DNA of 64,000 bases from NCBI RefSeq assembly GCF_009914755.1, contig NC_060938.1; one strand, given 5' to 3'. Positions 51,641-64,000 of this stretch are shown here, piece by piece; positions within the stretch are counted from its first letter, which is position 1; each line of letters opens with the position of its first letter. The DNA comes from the human T2T-CHM13v2.0 reference genome, Homo sapiens. A model generated the notes under the pieces. That model did no database searches and was not told the origin of the DNA. It saw only the letters and a list, made by a program, of their open reading frames with translations. The translations under genes were made by a program, and so were the position numbers.

Positions 51641-53899
51641 CCTTGCAGTGGGCTAAAGACCGACTTTGGAGCCAGTTTGGCCCAGGAGATAATCCATACT
51701 TTGCTATTTTTTCACATCATGATGCTGAGCAAGATATTCGTCCCCTCTGAAGGGGACAATACTTTATAGTGCTTCTGATACTACAACAACAAAAAAAGAT
51801 ATTCTAGTATATGTGGTTGTAGGTAATTGACATGCAATCAAGGGTAACTGCTATAACAATAATTCAGTCAGGTCAGTATCCTATCGATCAGGGTTAATCA
51901 GGTTGTTACTTCCCGAAATCATCGGACTTGCCCGGCCTACTTTGGCAAGAATACTTGCCTGCAGGATTTTCATTCAAGGAATATTGTTTTAGAACTGCAG
52001 CTGTAGGTGATGAGGATGTGGGAGTGAAAGCCCTCTTATACATTGCTAGTAATAAATCAAATAAGCTAATATAAACAAAATATGAAAAGTGCAATGTATA
52101 GCATTTTAATGGGAATAGTCCTGTGAAGGAAAATAAAGCAAGGTAGGCAGATAGGAAATGCCAGGGTGGGAGATTGAGGGGTGCATGTCAAACAGGGTGG
52201 TCAGGGAGACTCCTCAGAGTGGCAACATTTAAAAGCAAAGACCAGAGAGGGGAGAGGGCACCAGCCAGACATACAGGAAAACAGCACATCATGCAATGGC
52301 AGGTAGGGCAGGAAAGGCTGAAGGGCAGGTCAGGGATCGGCTTCTTTAGCAGTAAGACCCAGATGGGCAGAGTCCAGGAAACATGTGCCCCAGAAGGCAT
52401 GTGCGTTTGCAAACCCATCTGCCTAAGTCCCTGATCCCTGATGTCCTCAAATGAGCTCACTGGGCAGAAGCTGTTGAGGATTTATCCTCTTTCTCTTGAA
52501 GCAGAAGTTCCAGTTCTGCCTCTGGCTGTGTGGCTTTGTGAATACCACTTCACTGTTCCGGAGCTTCCATTTCCTCATCTTTCAAACAAATAAATGACAC
52601 CTGTCTGCCATGGGCTGTGACCTCTAACAGGTGCTCATTTAATGAGGGATCAGGGCGGTTCCTACCTGCAGGGCTGAAGTCAAAGCTGGGAATGACCTTA
52701 GAAGGACTTGGGAATGAGGAAAGTGACCAAGCCAGGACCTCAGCTCAGCCAGAATGCAGAAGCCCTGTTTGCAGAATCAGCAGCAGCTCCACAGCAGTGG
52801 CTGTTTATCGGGATAGGGAAGGGCCAGCTGCAAGAGCATTTATGTCAAAAGGCCCAAAGAATGTTTGGATGCTCCAAGAGGAGGGAAAGTCCATTTGAGA
52901 TAAAGAGCAAACAAAGCAATAAAAAAAAATCATTAAGTAGACATTTTTTTAGTAATAATAACCACTAATTAGCAAACACTTATTATGATGTGGAAATAAC
53001 CAGGTACTTTGCTATTATATATGGTCCTAATCTTTGTGAATTAAGCACTTTACAAAGCAGGAAGCACGGCTCAGAGATGCAAAGAGGAGCATGAGGTTGC
53101 ACAGGTAAGAAGACTAGCCCCAGCTTTCTGCTTCCATCTGTCCCCTCCAGAGCCGCCCCACTCCCAGGCCCCTGAGTATCACCATGTACCCCTGAGCCCA
53201 GACCATATTTACAAAACGAATATTTCTAAATGTCAGAGGACAGCAAAATATTAATACACGTGCCTGAGAAAAAAACTAACAAAAAGAAGAAAAAGACCAA
53301 AGTGACTTTTTCTTCTGTGACAGAGGCAGGCACAATTTAATGCTGATGTGTTTGTTCATCCAAGCATCAGTTTGGGCCAAGGCTCTGTGGTCATTCACGC
53401 CCATGCCCCCACACAGCCGAGACTCTTCAAATGCTCATGAATGCAGCCAGGCAGCCCAGACCCCTTAAGGTGCTTGCCCATGGGTCGTTCTGCAGTAGGG
53501 CCTGGTGGTCAAGAGCACTGGAGCTTTCAGCTTCATGCCTGGAATTAAATCTGGATGGACCACTTTGGGACCTTGAGTGAGCTGTTCAACTCCCTGTGCC
53601 TCCCTTTTCTCATCTGTCAAAGGGGGATATGAATATTAGAGTATCAGCCTCATGAGGAGGTTCTGATGGTGATGTGAGATTAGCTATGTATCAGGCTCAA
53701 CACAGGCCTGGCATGTTGTAAAAAGTCCCAAACTCTTAACTACTCCCTAATTCATTTACTACTCCATTCATTGTTTATTTAAACAAATACAACAATAATT
53801 GTAATTATTATTCAAGTGCAGGAAAACTCAGACTTATTCATTTCACTACACATAAAACACATCTTTAAGGTTTTCAGCTCTCACTCTACCATCCCCAAA

Positions 53900-54120
53900 G
53901 CACACACATGCATGCACACACACGCTCTCACATACACACAGCATACATATACACACAAGCCACACATGCATCACTACACATACCACATACACACACCACA
54001 AATTCACACATACAACACATATACGAACACCCTACACATATAAATGTATACTCATTCAAACACATGCCATACAAAATGCCCACATATGCATAGATACATA
54101 CACACACACCACACACACCC
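53900..54120. repeat. degenerate CA-rich simple repeat
   Basis: Direct reading. Confidence 0.9.
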
Positions 54121-54329
54121 ATCTCATTCCTTCTCTGCTGCCCACAGGGACACGTTGGGGCATGCTCTTTCTCCATTCCATGTCTCACCTGCTCTTCATG
54201 GCAACGGTGACTCTCTCCAGTTAGAAAGTTAAATGAGCCTTCACACTTCTCTACTGACCTGTGTTTCTTCACCAGGCAGTTTCCTAAACCTCTTAAAATT
54301 TCATGCTACTCCTGCATCTCCTTGCCTAG

Positions 54330-54682
54330 ACTGTTCCATAGTCTTCTTGGGCTGCTAAAGCAGAATACTGTCGACTGGATGATGTACAAACAACCAAAGC
54401 TTATTTCTCACAGTTCTGGAGGCTAGAAAATCCAGGATCAAGGTGCCATGAGATCCAGTGTCTGCTGAGGGTTTCCTTCTTGGTTTATAATCAGCTGTCT
54501 TCTCTCTGTGTCCTCACATGGCACAAGGGGCAAGGGAGCTCTCTGATGTCTCTTTTGTGAAGATGATAATCTAATTACCCGTCTAATCACCTACCGAAAG
54601 CCCCCTTCCTAAAATCATCACACTAAAAATTAAGATTTCAACATATGAATTTTGGGACAACGCAAACATTCTGTCTTTAGCA
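54330..54682 (-). mobile_element. MLT1A/MST-type LTR
   Basis: ttatttctcacagttctggaggctagaaaatccaggatcaaggtgcc...tgtcctcacatggc...tttcaacatatgaattttggga. Confidence 0.8.
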
Positions 54683-55552
54683 ACTCTGAACTCCTTGAGA
54701 CTCTTACTAAAATGTGCTCTTCAGGGCTGAGGACAGAACTTTGAATATTTTCCTCTCTTGCAAAATGTCTATTGGATAAAATAATCAGTTTGAGAATTGG
54801 GCATAATTCGAAATATGCTTGTTTCAATTGAACCAAGGACCTAATACAACTTTGTCATCCCAAACAATAGAATTGTAGAATGGAAAGGGCCTGGATTAAT
54901 AGTCACTGCACTCACGATTACCACCGCCATCATCATCAGCTTTGTCACCTGCACATCATCACCACTGTCCTCATCCTCCCGACAATCAGGACCACCATCG
55001 TTGCCATTGTTATTATCATCACTCTGTCGGCACTACCACTGTCATCTTCACATCACTGCCACCCTCACAGTCTTTAGGTTCCTAGGATCTTCTAGCACTT
55101 TGGAAATGTTTGAAGAGCATTTCAAAGTTCCATCTGGACCAAGCCTCCCAAAGCCATTTAGGTTTTATTTATTCAGGGTGAATCATTAATTTTGTTCCTT
55201 CCACTTCAGCTCTGTGGTGAATTGGATCATCTCTCTCTACTGATTCAATTTGATAGCATAAAGGATGCTGCAGGCTGGCTTTGAGTTTTATGTTTTAGGT
55301 ATTTCTCCTGCACAGGACTTCAAGGGAGCTCTAACCACTAAGTCTGCAGGTGCTGGATATCCTTCCAGAATCCACCACCCTTCCTGTGATCCTTCACATT
55401 TCAGGTTTGATGATCACTAAATTCTGGGCAGACAGAGCAGGCCAAGTGCTGCCAGACTGGAACTCAAGCCTTTTTTTGTGTGCTTCAGTCCTATGTGATG
55501 AGCAGCTGTCTTCTTAAGTAGCCTTAAAGATACCTTTAAAAAATCATTTTTT

Positions 55553-55850
<298 letters not shown>

Positions 55851-56132
55851 TCTTTTTTTTTGTCTTGAAGAACATATTCTGCTCACACACTATCAGAAAG
55901 GACCCGTTACTGGCAATTCACTTTGAAATGAATGAATAAAAATCACGTATCTTGTAAATACACACTTATTTATGGATTGTTAAAAATGTTCGAAAGTATG
56001 TTTTTAAGGCACGATAAATATGCATCTTTAAAACCTTATTAAAATATCATTCTTGATTGAAAAAGCCCAGCCTTGTTCTAATCTATCAGATTAACAAAAG
56101 CCAGAGGAAACTTGATATGGTGGGATGTATTA

Positions 56133-56209
56133 TTAGGAGGATGCTAAATTGATTGCTCTTTGTCGTTACTTTTAATGGAAAAACAGCATTTACTTTTGCA
56201 CCAACCTAA
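56133..56209. mobile_element. MADE1 (Hsmar1-derived MITE) inserted at the terminus of an MLT1 LTR
   Basis: Right arm aatggaaaaacagcatttacttttgcaccaacctaa; left arm decayed (ttaggaggatgctaaattgattgc). Confidence 0.75.
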
Positions 56210-56622
56210 TGTTTCCTTTGGCTTCTGTGACAAAGCAAAATTAGCTTTGCTGGGTCACTAAACATTACAGAAGTTCATTCTCTCATAGTTCTAGAGGTTA
56301 AAATCCAAAATCAAAGTGTCAACAGGGTTGCCCACCTGAAGATTCTAGAAAAGAATCCTCTCTTTCCTCTTCCAGCTTCTAGTAGCTCCAGATGTTCCAT
56401 GGCTTATGACCATATCATTTTACTTTCTGCCTCCTCTCCTGTCTCAAAACTCCCTCTGCTTCTCTGTGATAAGGACACATGGGACTGCATTGATGGGCCA
56501 CCCAAATAATCCAGGAGAAACTCCTTCTCTAAAAGTACTTAACTTAATCATAGCTCTTGCCATATACGGTAATATTTGCAGACAAGTTTTAGGGATTAGG
56601 ACACGAGCATATCTCTTTTGAG
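56210..56622 (-). mobile_element. MLT1B/C-type LTR
   Basis: ttctctcatagttctagagg...tccaaaatcaaagtgtc...cttccagcttctagtagctcc...taaggacac...gggattaggac. Confidence 0.8.
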
Positions 56623-56848
56623 GACATGGAGGAAGCAGGTACTTGGGTTCAAATCATAACAACACCTACCAGCTGTACAGATACAGGCATGTTACTCTGT
56701 TTTCCTGAGCCTGTTTTCTTTTCTGCCAAATGGAGTAACTTCTATTGCATAAATTTATATGAATTTTCTTAGGGTGATTCAATGAGATGATGAGTAAGTA
56801 TAACAACTACTTTTAAGTGTAAATGTAGAGCCCATGTACAGGGATTTG

Positions 56849-57017
56849 TTTTTTTGAGATGGGATCTTGCTATGCTGCCCAGACTGCAGTGCAGTAGCTA
56901 TTCATAGGTGCAATCATAGTGCACTGCAACCTCGAACTCCTGGGCTCAGGTGATCCTCCCACCTCAGCCTCCCAAGCAGCAGGATCTACTACAGGCATGC
57001 ACCACCCCGCTTGGCTA
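56849..57017 (-). mobile_element. FAM (fossil Alu monomer)
   Basis: Monomer carrying the FAM-specific gctattcataggtgcaatcatagtgcactgc segment (sense CCTGTGAATAGCC-like). Confidence 0.85.
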
Positions 57018-57439
57018 GGATATTTTTTAATATGTGTTAGAGTTGACAGTGAATTCATATCCAGGGTATTTTTTCTTCCCTTTTCCCTGCATGTCAGTTT
57101 CAGACTCAGCTCCAGCTATGTATGGCCCATGGACTATGACTTTCTCACACTTACCCCGACAAATCTTGCTTCCTTATCTGCTCCTCTGTGGTCAGGGATG
57201 GTGAGTGGGTTAGCTCTGGGCTACTGGGCTTGTCCGCATGTGTAAACCAATTTCCCAGGAGCTGCCCTATGCTGCTGACTTGAATTAGACTGAAATTAAA
57301 AGCCTGTGAAGAAAGCAGAGCAGACATAGTCATGAGAGTCTTGAGATTACTTCCTCCCTGAAAGTAACTGCACTGCCCTGTAAAATGCTGGCTCTGAATG
57401 AGGGGTTTGCCCAGCACTTTGCAGGGTGAAGTTTTTCAT

Positions 57440-57640
57440 AGCTCAGGAGTGCACTGCCTGGATTCTAGTCCCAACTCTGCCACTTGCTTGTGAGCTTGCT
57501 CACATCCTGTAATCTTCTAGATGTCTCTGTGTCTCACGTTAATGTGGTGATAACAATAGTATTTACCTTGCAGAGACATGAGGATAACATCATATAAAGC
57601 ATATGAAATGCTTAGCACTATGTTTATCACACAGTACCCA
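57440..57640 (+). mobile_element. MIR SINE
   Basis: ctgcctggattctagtcccaactctgccacttgct...gataacaatagtatttacct...gcttagcac. Confidence 0.75.
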
Positions 57641-58162
57641 TCTCTCCCTCCGTCTATCCCTCCGTCTATCTATCCAACCCTCCATCCATCCAATACTTAC
57701 TTGTTGAACTAGGCAATGTTTGAAAGAATGCAGTCAATTTGGAAAACAAACAAATTAAAAGCAGGTAATTTCAGAAAATGACAAGTGTTAAGATTAAACC
57801 TAAATAAGCACAGTCATAGGATAATGGGCAATTGAATCTTAAGGCCCTGAAAAAAAGATAACGAGAATTTAATGCAGGAGTCGTAAGTAACCTTTGCTTG
57901 TGAATGAAGAGTAAGAAAGTTTTCTGTTTACGTTAAATACGAAGGAATCACCTCAAACTCATTCTCTGTACCCTTGGACAACACATTTTGCCTCCCTGGT
58001 CACAGTTTTTTCAACTATGGAAGAGATGGACTGGACTGCTCACAAAATGTAATGACAGAATCACCACTCACCCAAAACCTCTCTCTGTAGTGGGTTTCAG
58101 GTGAACCCTGTCTCTAGACTCGGCTCCTAATGTGTATCTGGGATCATGTGGTCCCTACAATG

Positions 58163-58662
58163 TGTGATCAGCAGAAGAACGACCTCCCGAAGATGTTCAC
58201 ATTATTATACCTGAAAATTGTACCCATGCTACTTCATGTGGGAAAAGAGTCTTTGCAGATGAGATTGAGTTCAGGATCTTGAGTTGGGGAGATGATCCTG
58301 GATTACCCGCATGGGCCCAATGTTATTACAAGGGGAATGGTAGCAGGATCAGAGTTGGAGGAGATGTGAAGATGAAAATAGAAAAAGATTTGATGATGTC
58401 ACACTACTGGCTTCCAATATGGAGAAATAGGTCATGTGTCAAGAAATGTGGGCAGGCCCTGGTAGCTAGAAAGGGCAAGGAAACAGATTTTCTCTCCCCC
58501 GGAGCTTCCAGAAGGAATGCAGCCCCACCAGCACTCTGCTTGCAGCTCAGTTAAGACCCATTTTGGACTTTTGACCTTCACAATTTTAAAATAAAAAAAT
58601 TGTTTTGTTTTAAGCATCTAAGCTTGCGGTAATTTGTTGCAGTGGCAATAGGGAACTGATAT
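58163..58662 (+). mobile_element. MLT1D-type LTR
   Basis: ctttgcagatgagatt...gatgatcctggattaccc...gcaaggaaacagattttctc...ccagaaggaatgcagcc...ggtaatttgttgcagtggcaatagggaactgata. Confidence 0.85.
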
Positions 58663-59636
58663 ATAGGAAGTTTCAAAAGAATTAATCTATGTTCATAGAA
58701 TGATAGCCTACTGTGTGACAAACACGATGCATATTATGTTATTTACTTCTTAAAATGCCTCCATAAGTATCGTCCTCCTCATTTTAGAGATGAGAAATCT
58801 GATGCTCAGAGAGGTTAAGTGCTTAGTGAAGGTCACACAGCATGTGTATGAAAGAGAGATTTTGCAATTCTGGAGGGATGCACTCTTAATCCACTGATCT
58901 CCAAGCTCACCATGCTGCCTGCCCACTCAATTCAGTGTCCTGGCTGCCCAGCAGTCAGCCCTTCTCTGACTTTCTATCTCACCCTTTCCCTCCACCCAGG
59001 TGCCCAGGTTTTTTGCTTTGTTCATCTGTTCATTAAGTAGCTTTGAATATTTGTACTACAGCTCAGGAAATGGAATTCTGTGCTTGGGCTTCCAGTCAGC
59101 CCTAATAAACAGCTTCCAGGTTTTTCAAACACAACCCCGTCTCTAGATTCTCTGACTCCACATGGATGCTGTTGCTGAGTCTTGGTCTCCCCAGCTCGAA
59201 TCTAGTAGGAAAAAAGAGGGCTTTTCCAAAGGCTGGAGGGTCATATTAATGGAGGATAAGCAGATCCCTGGGAGGCCAATGAAGAGGTTCTTGTGAGAAT
59301 TGTTTACCTTTGGAAATGAGGGAGAACCCGATGAATGCTGAGGTCACTCAGGTCATTACATAGACCCTCACACTGGCACTCAGAGTCCCCAGGACCAAAT
59401 AGAAAGACTGCTACAAAATAATGAATTTCAAGGGGAAGAACAATACATGATTTTTTCTTAATGAGATAAAAATGTAGAGTGCAATCTCAAGAGGTAAAAC
59501 AAATGAGAGGGCATTTCCCCCTGGAAAGTTAGAAAAGAGGAAGTGATCAGTATTAGTTTTCTCCATAGAGGAAGCAAAAGGGAGAAAGAATTTCAGACTG
59601 GTGAGGTTGTCCTTCCTGGCTCTCCCACTTGGTAGC

Positions 59637-60010
59637 TGTGATAATTTTATATGTCAACTTGACTGGACCACAGGGTGCCCAGATTCAACATTATTATGAG
59701 ATTAGCATTTGAATCAATAGACTCAGTTAAGCAGATTGCCCTTTGCAGTGTGGGTGGGCATAGTTCAATCTGTTGGAGGCCCAAATAGAACAAAAAGGCA
59801 AAAGAAGGGGGAACTAGCTCTCTCTGCCTGACTGCTTGAGCTGGGACATCGACTTGCTCCTGCCCTTGACTGGGACTTATACCATCAACTCTCTGGTTCT
59901 CAGGACTACATCACCAGCTTCCTTTGGTCTACAGCTTGCAGACAGCAGACTGTGGGACTTCTCAGCCTCCATATTCACACAAGCCAATTCTTTACAATAA
60001 AGACATTTAT
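59637..60010 (+). mobile_element. MLT2B-type ERVL LTR
   Basis: ttttatatgtcaacttgactgg...aagcagattgccct...cagcttgcagacagcagactgtgggacttctcagcctccat. Confidence 0.85.
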
Positions 60011-61736
60011 TATTCCTGTGGTATTGGCAAACCAGAAAGCCTTAAGTCACCTGTTTTCTCCTCTCTACAATGTGCAGAACCCAACAAATCCAGGATGAGC
60101 TGTTGTGCATAGAAAACAAACTGAAGAAAAGCTTTTTGCAAAGTTTCTAAGGTTATCAAAATTGCATCTCCTGCTATTATTTTGTTGTTGTTGTTGTTGT
60201 CATCACCTGGTATACTAGAAGAACTAGAAGGAGATTTTCCCTCCAAAAAGAAAATTAAATATTGTGTGATGTGGACATTTGACCTGCTAGAGTCTTACAT
60301 GTGCTCTGAAAACAAAATCTGAGTAATGTAGACCATTTCTACATAAGGCAGTCATGTACCTAGGAGGCTCAATTTTTTAAATTAATTTATTTATAAAATG
60401 GTTGCAATGTAAAATAATGCAATAGTACAATGCAATATCCATAAAACTAGAATGTTAAGACTAAAGGAGGAATATAAATAAGGTAATAGCAGCCATATCT
60501 GACTAATTTGACCTTCCAATATGTTGCAGAGCTTGCTGGTGTCCCAGGTGAAGTGAAGACATGATCAGTCATAAAATATTCATTGTTGGAAAAGAGTGAT
60601 CAGGTCACTCTCTTGGGGTAAATTACTTTATTTTCCAGCTATATTTCTAAAGTACTTTTATGAAGAGTTCATATAATTTTATATTTTAAAAATTGAGATA
60701 TTTCATAGCATATTCTCAAATGTATAGAATATTATGCCAAACCTCTTTCCATCCCAGCTTCATCAACAGCTATTTTTTAATATTTTTCATCATCAACTAG
60801 TTGTGTAACAAATAAGTACTATTCACTTTTACTCTCAGAAATGTAGTTTCTTCGCCATGTTGAGAGGACTACAGATGCTTTTTGTAAAATGGTTAGCATG
60901 GTCTCTGAGACTTTGTCAATTCTCAGTATACAGTTGCTGTTATTATTACTATTTTTATTTTCATTACATGTAAGTCCAGGGGACACTAAATGATAGAGAT
61001 GAAAATATTTCTCTAAACATTACTCCAGCAAGTGGGTTTCTGTAGCACGGCAGGCAAGGAGACCAGAAAGATGTCTCAGCTAAGATACAACAGCTCTTGA
61101 TATGATTAGAAAATTACAATGCAAACATAATTTTAATGCTTTTATGGGATTGATAGAATATAAGGGGAATCTCTAAGAAATAAAAACAAAGAAACAAGCA
61201 TGACTGAGCTGAGACTGGAACAAGGAACTTGAGCAATGAGCAAGTCTACGTTAAGGAAGCCAAGCCCAAGAGCCTGGTAAGATGGAGGAGCTTGACCTCA
61301 GACCTACATGTAACATCAGCAACCTTACAAAGAGCCAAAAATAGTACCAGGTCTGCAGGGTTCTCTGGCCCTCAGCAAAAGCAAATGAAATTCCTTTCTC
61401 AGATCATACGGCACATGTAGTCCTTATGCATAAGTGTATGTTCACACACACACATGGAGTTATAGATTTGATATAAAATAAGTAATGTGAAATATCTCAA
61501 GAAATAAAAGACGAAATCAAAAAATTAGAAACAATTTATCAAACATGGCACAGCAGATTAGAGAAGAGAGCTACATAGTCTTTCTAGAAATAAAATTATT
61601 GAAATTCAAAACCTAGTAAATGCATAAACATTAACTGAGAAATGAACTGAAAATTGGTGATTAAGAAGGCAAATCAGAAGAAATGCTCAGCATATTTGAA
61701 AAAAAGGCAAGCAAACAGAAAATATAAAAAGGTGAT

Positions 61737-61786
61737 AAAATGTAGACATACAGAACGTAGAAAAATGTAGACACACAGAACGTAGA
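61737..61786. repeat. 25-bp tandem duplication (1 mismatch)
   Basis: aaaatgtagacatacagaacgtaga / aaaatgtagacacacagaacgtaga. Confidence 0.95.
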
Positions 61787-62063
61787 AAAATATAGAAATT
61801 GCAATGGATATCAAGCAGTATTAAAGAAAGCAAACAAGTAACTTCACACTTCAATGCACTGTTGTAAAACTAAAGAACTTCAAATAAGATTTTAAAAGCA
61901 GCCAGAGTGAAAAGATGACCAAGCTAACACTAGACTTCTCAAAAGAAATAATGGAAAAAAGAAGACGGTGGAGTAACATTTTCTAAGTTTTGAGAGATGG
62001 TAAATTTCAAACAAGAACTGGATACTCAGTAGAACTATCATTAAAAAGAAATATATAAAAATA

Positions 62064-63655
62064 TTTTTTTCCCAACATTTATTTTAAGTTCAGGGGGTAC
62101 ACATGCAGGTTTGTTACATGGGTAAATAGTGTGTCACTCGGCTTTGGTGTACAAATGATTTTGTCACCCAAGTAGTAACCATAGTACCCAATAGGTAGTT
62201 TTTCTATCCTCTTCTATCCTCTTCCTCCTCCCACCCTCCACCCTCAAGTAGGCTCCAGTGTCTATTGTTTCCCTCTTTGTGTCCATGTACACTCAATGTT
62301 TAGCTCCTACTTATAAGTATGAACATGTGGTATTTGGTTTTCTGTTCCTGCATAAATTTGCTTAGAATAATGGCCTCCAGCTGCCTCCATGTTGCTGCAA
62401 AGCACTTGATTTTGTTCTTTGTTATGGTTGTACAGTATTCCATGGTGTGTATATGAGTACCACATTTTCTTTATCCAGTCCACCACTGATGTGCATCTAG
62501 GTTGATTCCATGTCATTGCTATTAAGAAAAGTGCTGCAATAAGCCTACATGTGAATGTGTCTTTATGGTAGAATGCTTTATATTCCTTTGGGTATATACT
62601 CAGTAATAGGACTGCTGGGTCAAATAGTAGTTATGTTTTAAGTTATTTGAGAAATCTCCAAACTGCTTTCCACAGTGGCTGAGCTAATTTACATTCCAGC
62701 CTGCAGTGTATAAGCATTCCTTTTTCTCCTCAACATCGCCAACATCTGTTACTTTTTTTGTTTTTTTAATAATACCCATTCTGACTTATGTGAGGTGGTA
62801 TCTCTTTGTGGTTTTGATTTACATTTCTACAATGATTAGTGATGTTGAGCATTTCTTCTTATACTTGTTGATATGGTGTGTATGTCTTGTTTTGAGAAGT
62901 GTCTGTTCATGTCCTTTGCCCATATTGAATGGGGTCGTTTGTTTTTTTTTTTTTCTTGTTGATTTAAGTTCCTGATGGATTCTGGATACTAGACTTTGTC
63001 AGATGCATAGTTTGCATATGTTTCTTCCCATTCTTTAGGTTGTCTTTTTATTCTGTTGAAAGTTTATTTTTCTGTGCAAAAGCTCTTTCATTTTATTAGG
63101 TCCTACTTGTGAATTTTTGTTTTTGTTGCAATTGCTTTTGGAATCTTTGTTGTGAAATCTTTGCAAGGCCAATGTCCACAATGGCATTTCCTAGATTTTC
63201 ATTAAGAGTTTTTATAGTTTTATCTTTTACATTTAATTCTTTAATCCATCTTGAGTTGATTTTTTTATATGGTTTAAGGAAGTGGTTCAGTTTCAATCTT
63301 CTGCATATGGCCAGCCAGTTATAGCAGTACCACTCATCAAATAGGAGTTCTTCCCCCCTTGCTTGTTACCGTCAATTTTGTGGAAGATCAGATGGTTGTA
63401 GGTGTGTGGTTTTATTTCTGGGTTCTCTAACCTGTTCCATAGTGCCACATTGTTTTGGTTACTGTGGCTGTATAGCATGGTTTGAAGTCAGGTAGCATGA
63501 TGCCTCTGGCTTTGTTCTTTTTCCTTGGAATTACTGCGGCTATTTGGGCTCTTTTTTGTTTGCATATGAATTTCAGAATGGAATTTTCTAATTATGTGAA
63601 AAATGATGTTGGTATTTTGATAGGGATAGCATTGAACCTGTAAACTGCTTTGAGC
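62064..63655 (-). mobile_element. L1PA15/16-type 3' ~1.6 kb (ORF2 C-terminus plus 3' UTR), 5'-truncated
   Basis: ttcagggggtac...gttacatgggtaaat...catagtacccaataggtagttttt 3' end; minus ORFs give L1 ORF2 peptides ([35 protein letters not shown]). Confidence 0.92.
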
Positions 63656-64000
63656 AAAAGATATTTTCGAATAGCTCAAAACTGAGAAAATTATGACCAA
63701 CAGAATGTTCTAAAGACATTTTTAAAAGGTATTTGCAGGCAGATAGAAAAATTTTTGGGAAAGAAAATCTGAGAAAATGTGAACATCGGCATTATCCCAG
63801 CAGTTTCCCTCACATGATTTCACTGTTTTCACAGCAGATGCATAACATAGGTGCCATTCTTCTCACTTGAAGGCAAGGATTGGAGTGAATTGACCAGTGC
63901 AAGCCAGATCAAAAGTAACAATAGCGCTTTTCCAACACACCTCACCACGTGCCACTGGCATCTGCATTTGGCCGTGACTTAGCCCTAGTAAACAGTTTGC

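Larger units (their letters stand above)
61480..63760 (+). mobile_element. old L1M/HAL1 ORF1-region fragment (about 61480-62060 and 63655-63760) split by a younger L1
   Basis: ttttaaaagcagccagag, agacttctcaaaagaaataatggaa, tggagtaacattttc; the sequence continues after 63655 (caaaactgagaaaatt). Confidence 0.65.

Overview
This is mammalian non-coding DNA, almost certainly human: a full-length AluYb8, a human-specific subfamily, lies at 4487-4801. It reads as a deep intron or gene desert. I see no credible protein-coding gene, RNA gene, CpG island or CRISPR-like array. The ORF track consists of chance ORFs, Alu/LTR read-throughs and decayed L1 ORF2 fragments. Much of the window is interspersed repeat: Alus (Yb8, Y, Sx, Sp, J, FAM), L1PA and old L1M pieces, MaLR/ERVL solo LTRs (THE1, MST, MLT1, MLT2, LTR16, LTR33), hAT/mariner DNA-transposon fossils, MIR/L2 and microsatellites. 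Several repeat-free blocks could be enhancers. I found no new protein-based system. The most unusual structure is a set of DNA-repair and retrotransposition scars. The best is an AT-rich tract (17.37-17.69 kb) containing copies of three separate nearby sequences. Others are a fold-back palindrome, an iterated-priming scar, a 55-bp dispersed duplication, a fused inverted Alu pair, a twin-primed L1 and a four-layer nested TE stack. Repeat family calls come from remembered consensus sequences, not a database search. Subfamily labels and the boundaries of old elements are approximate, and I cannot name the locus.
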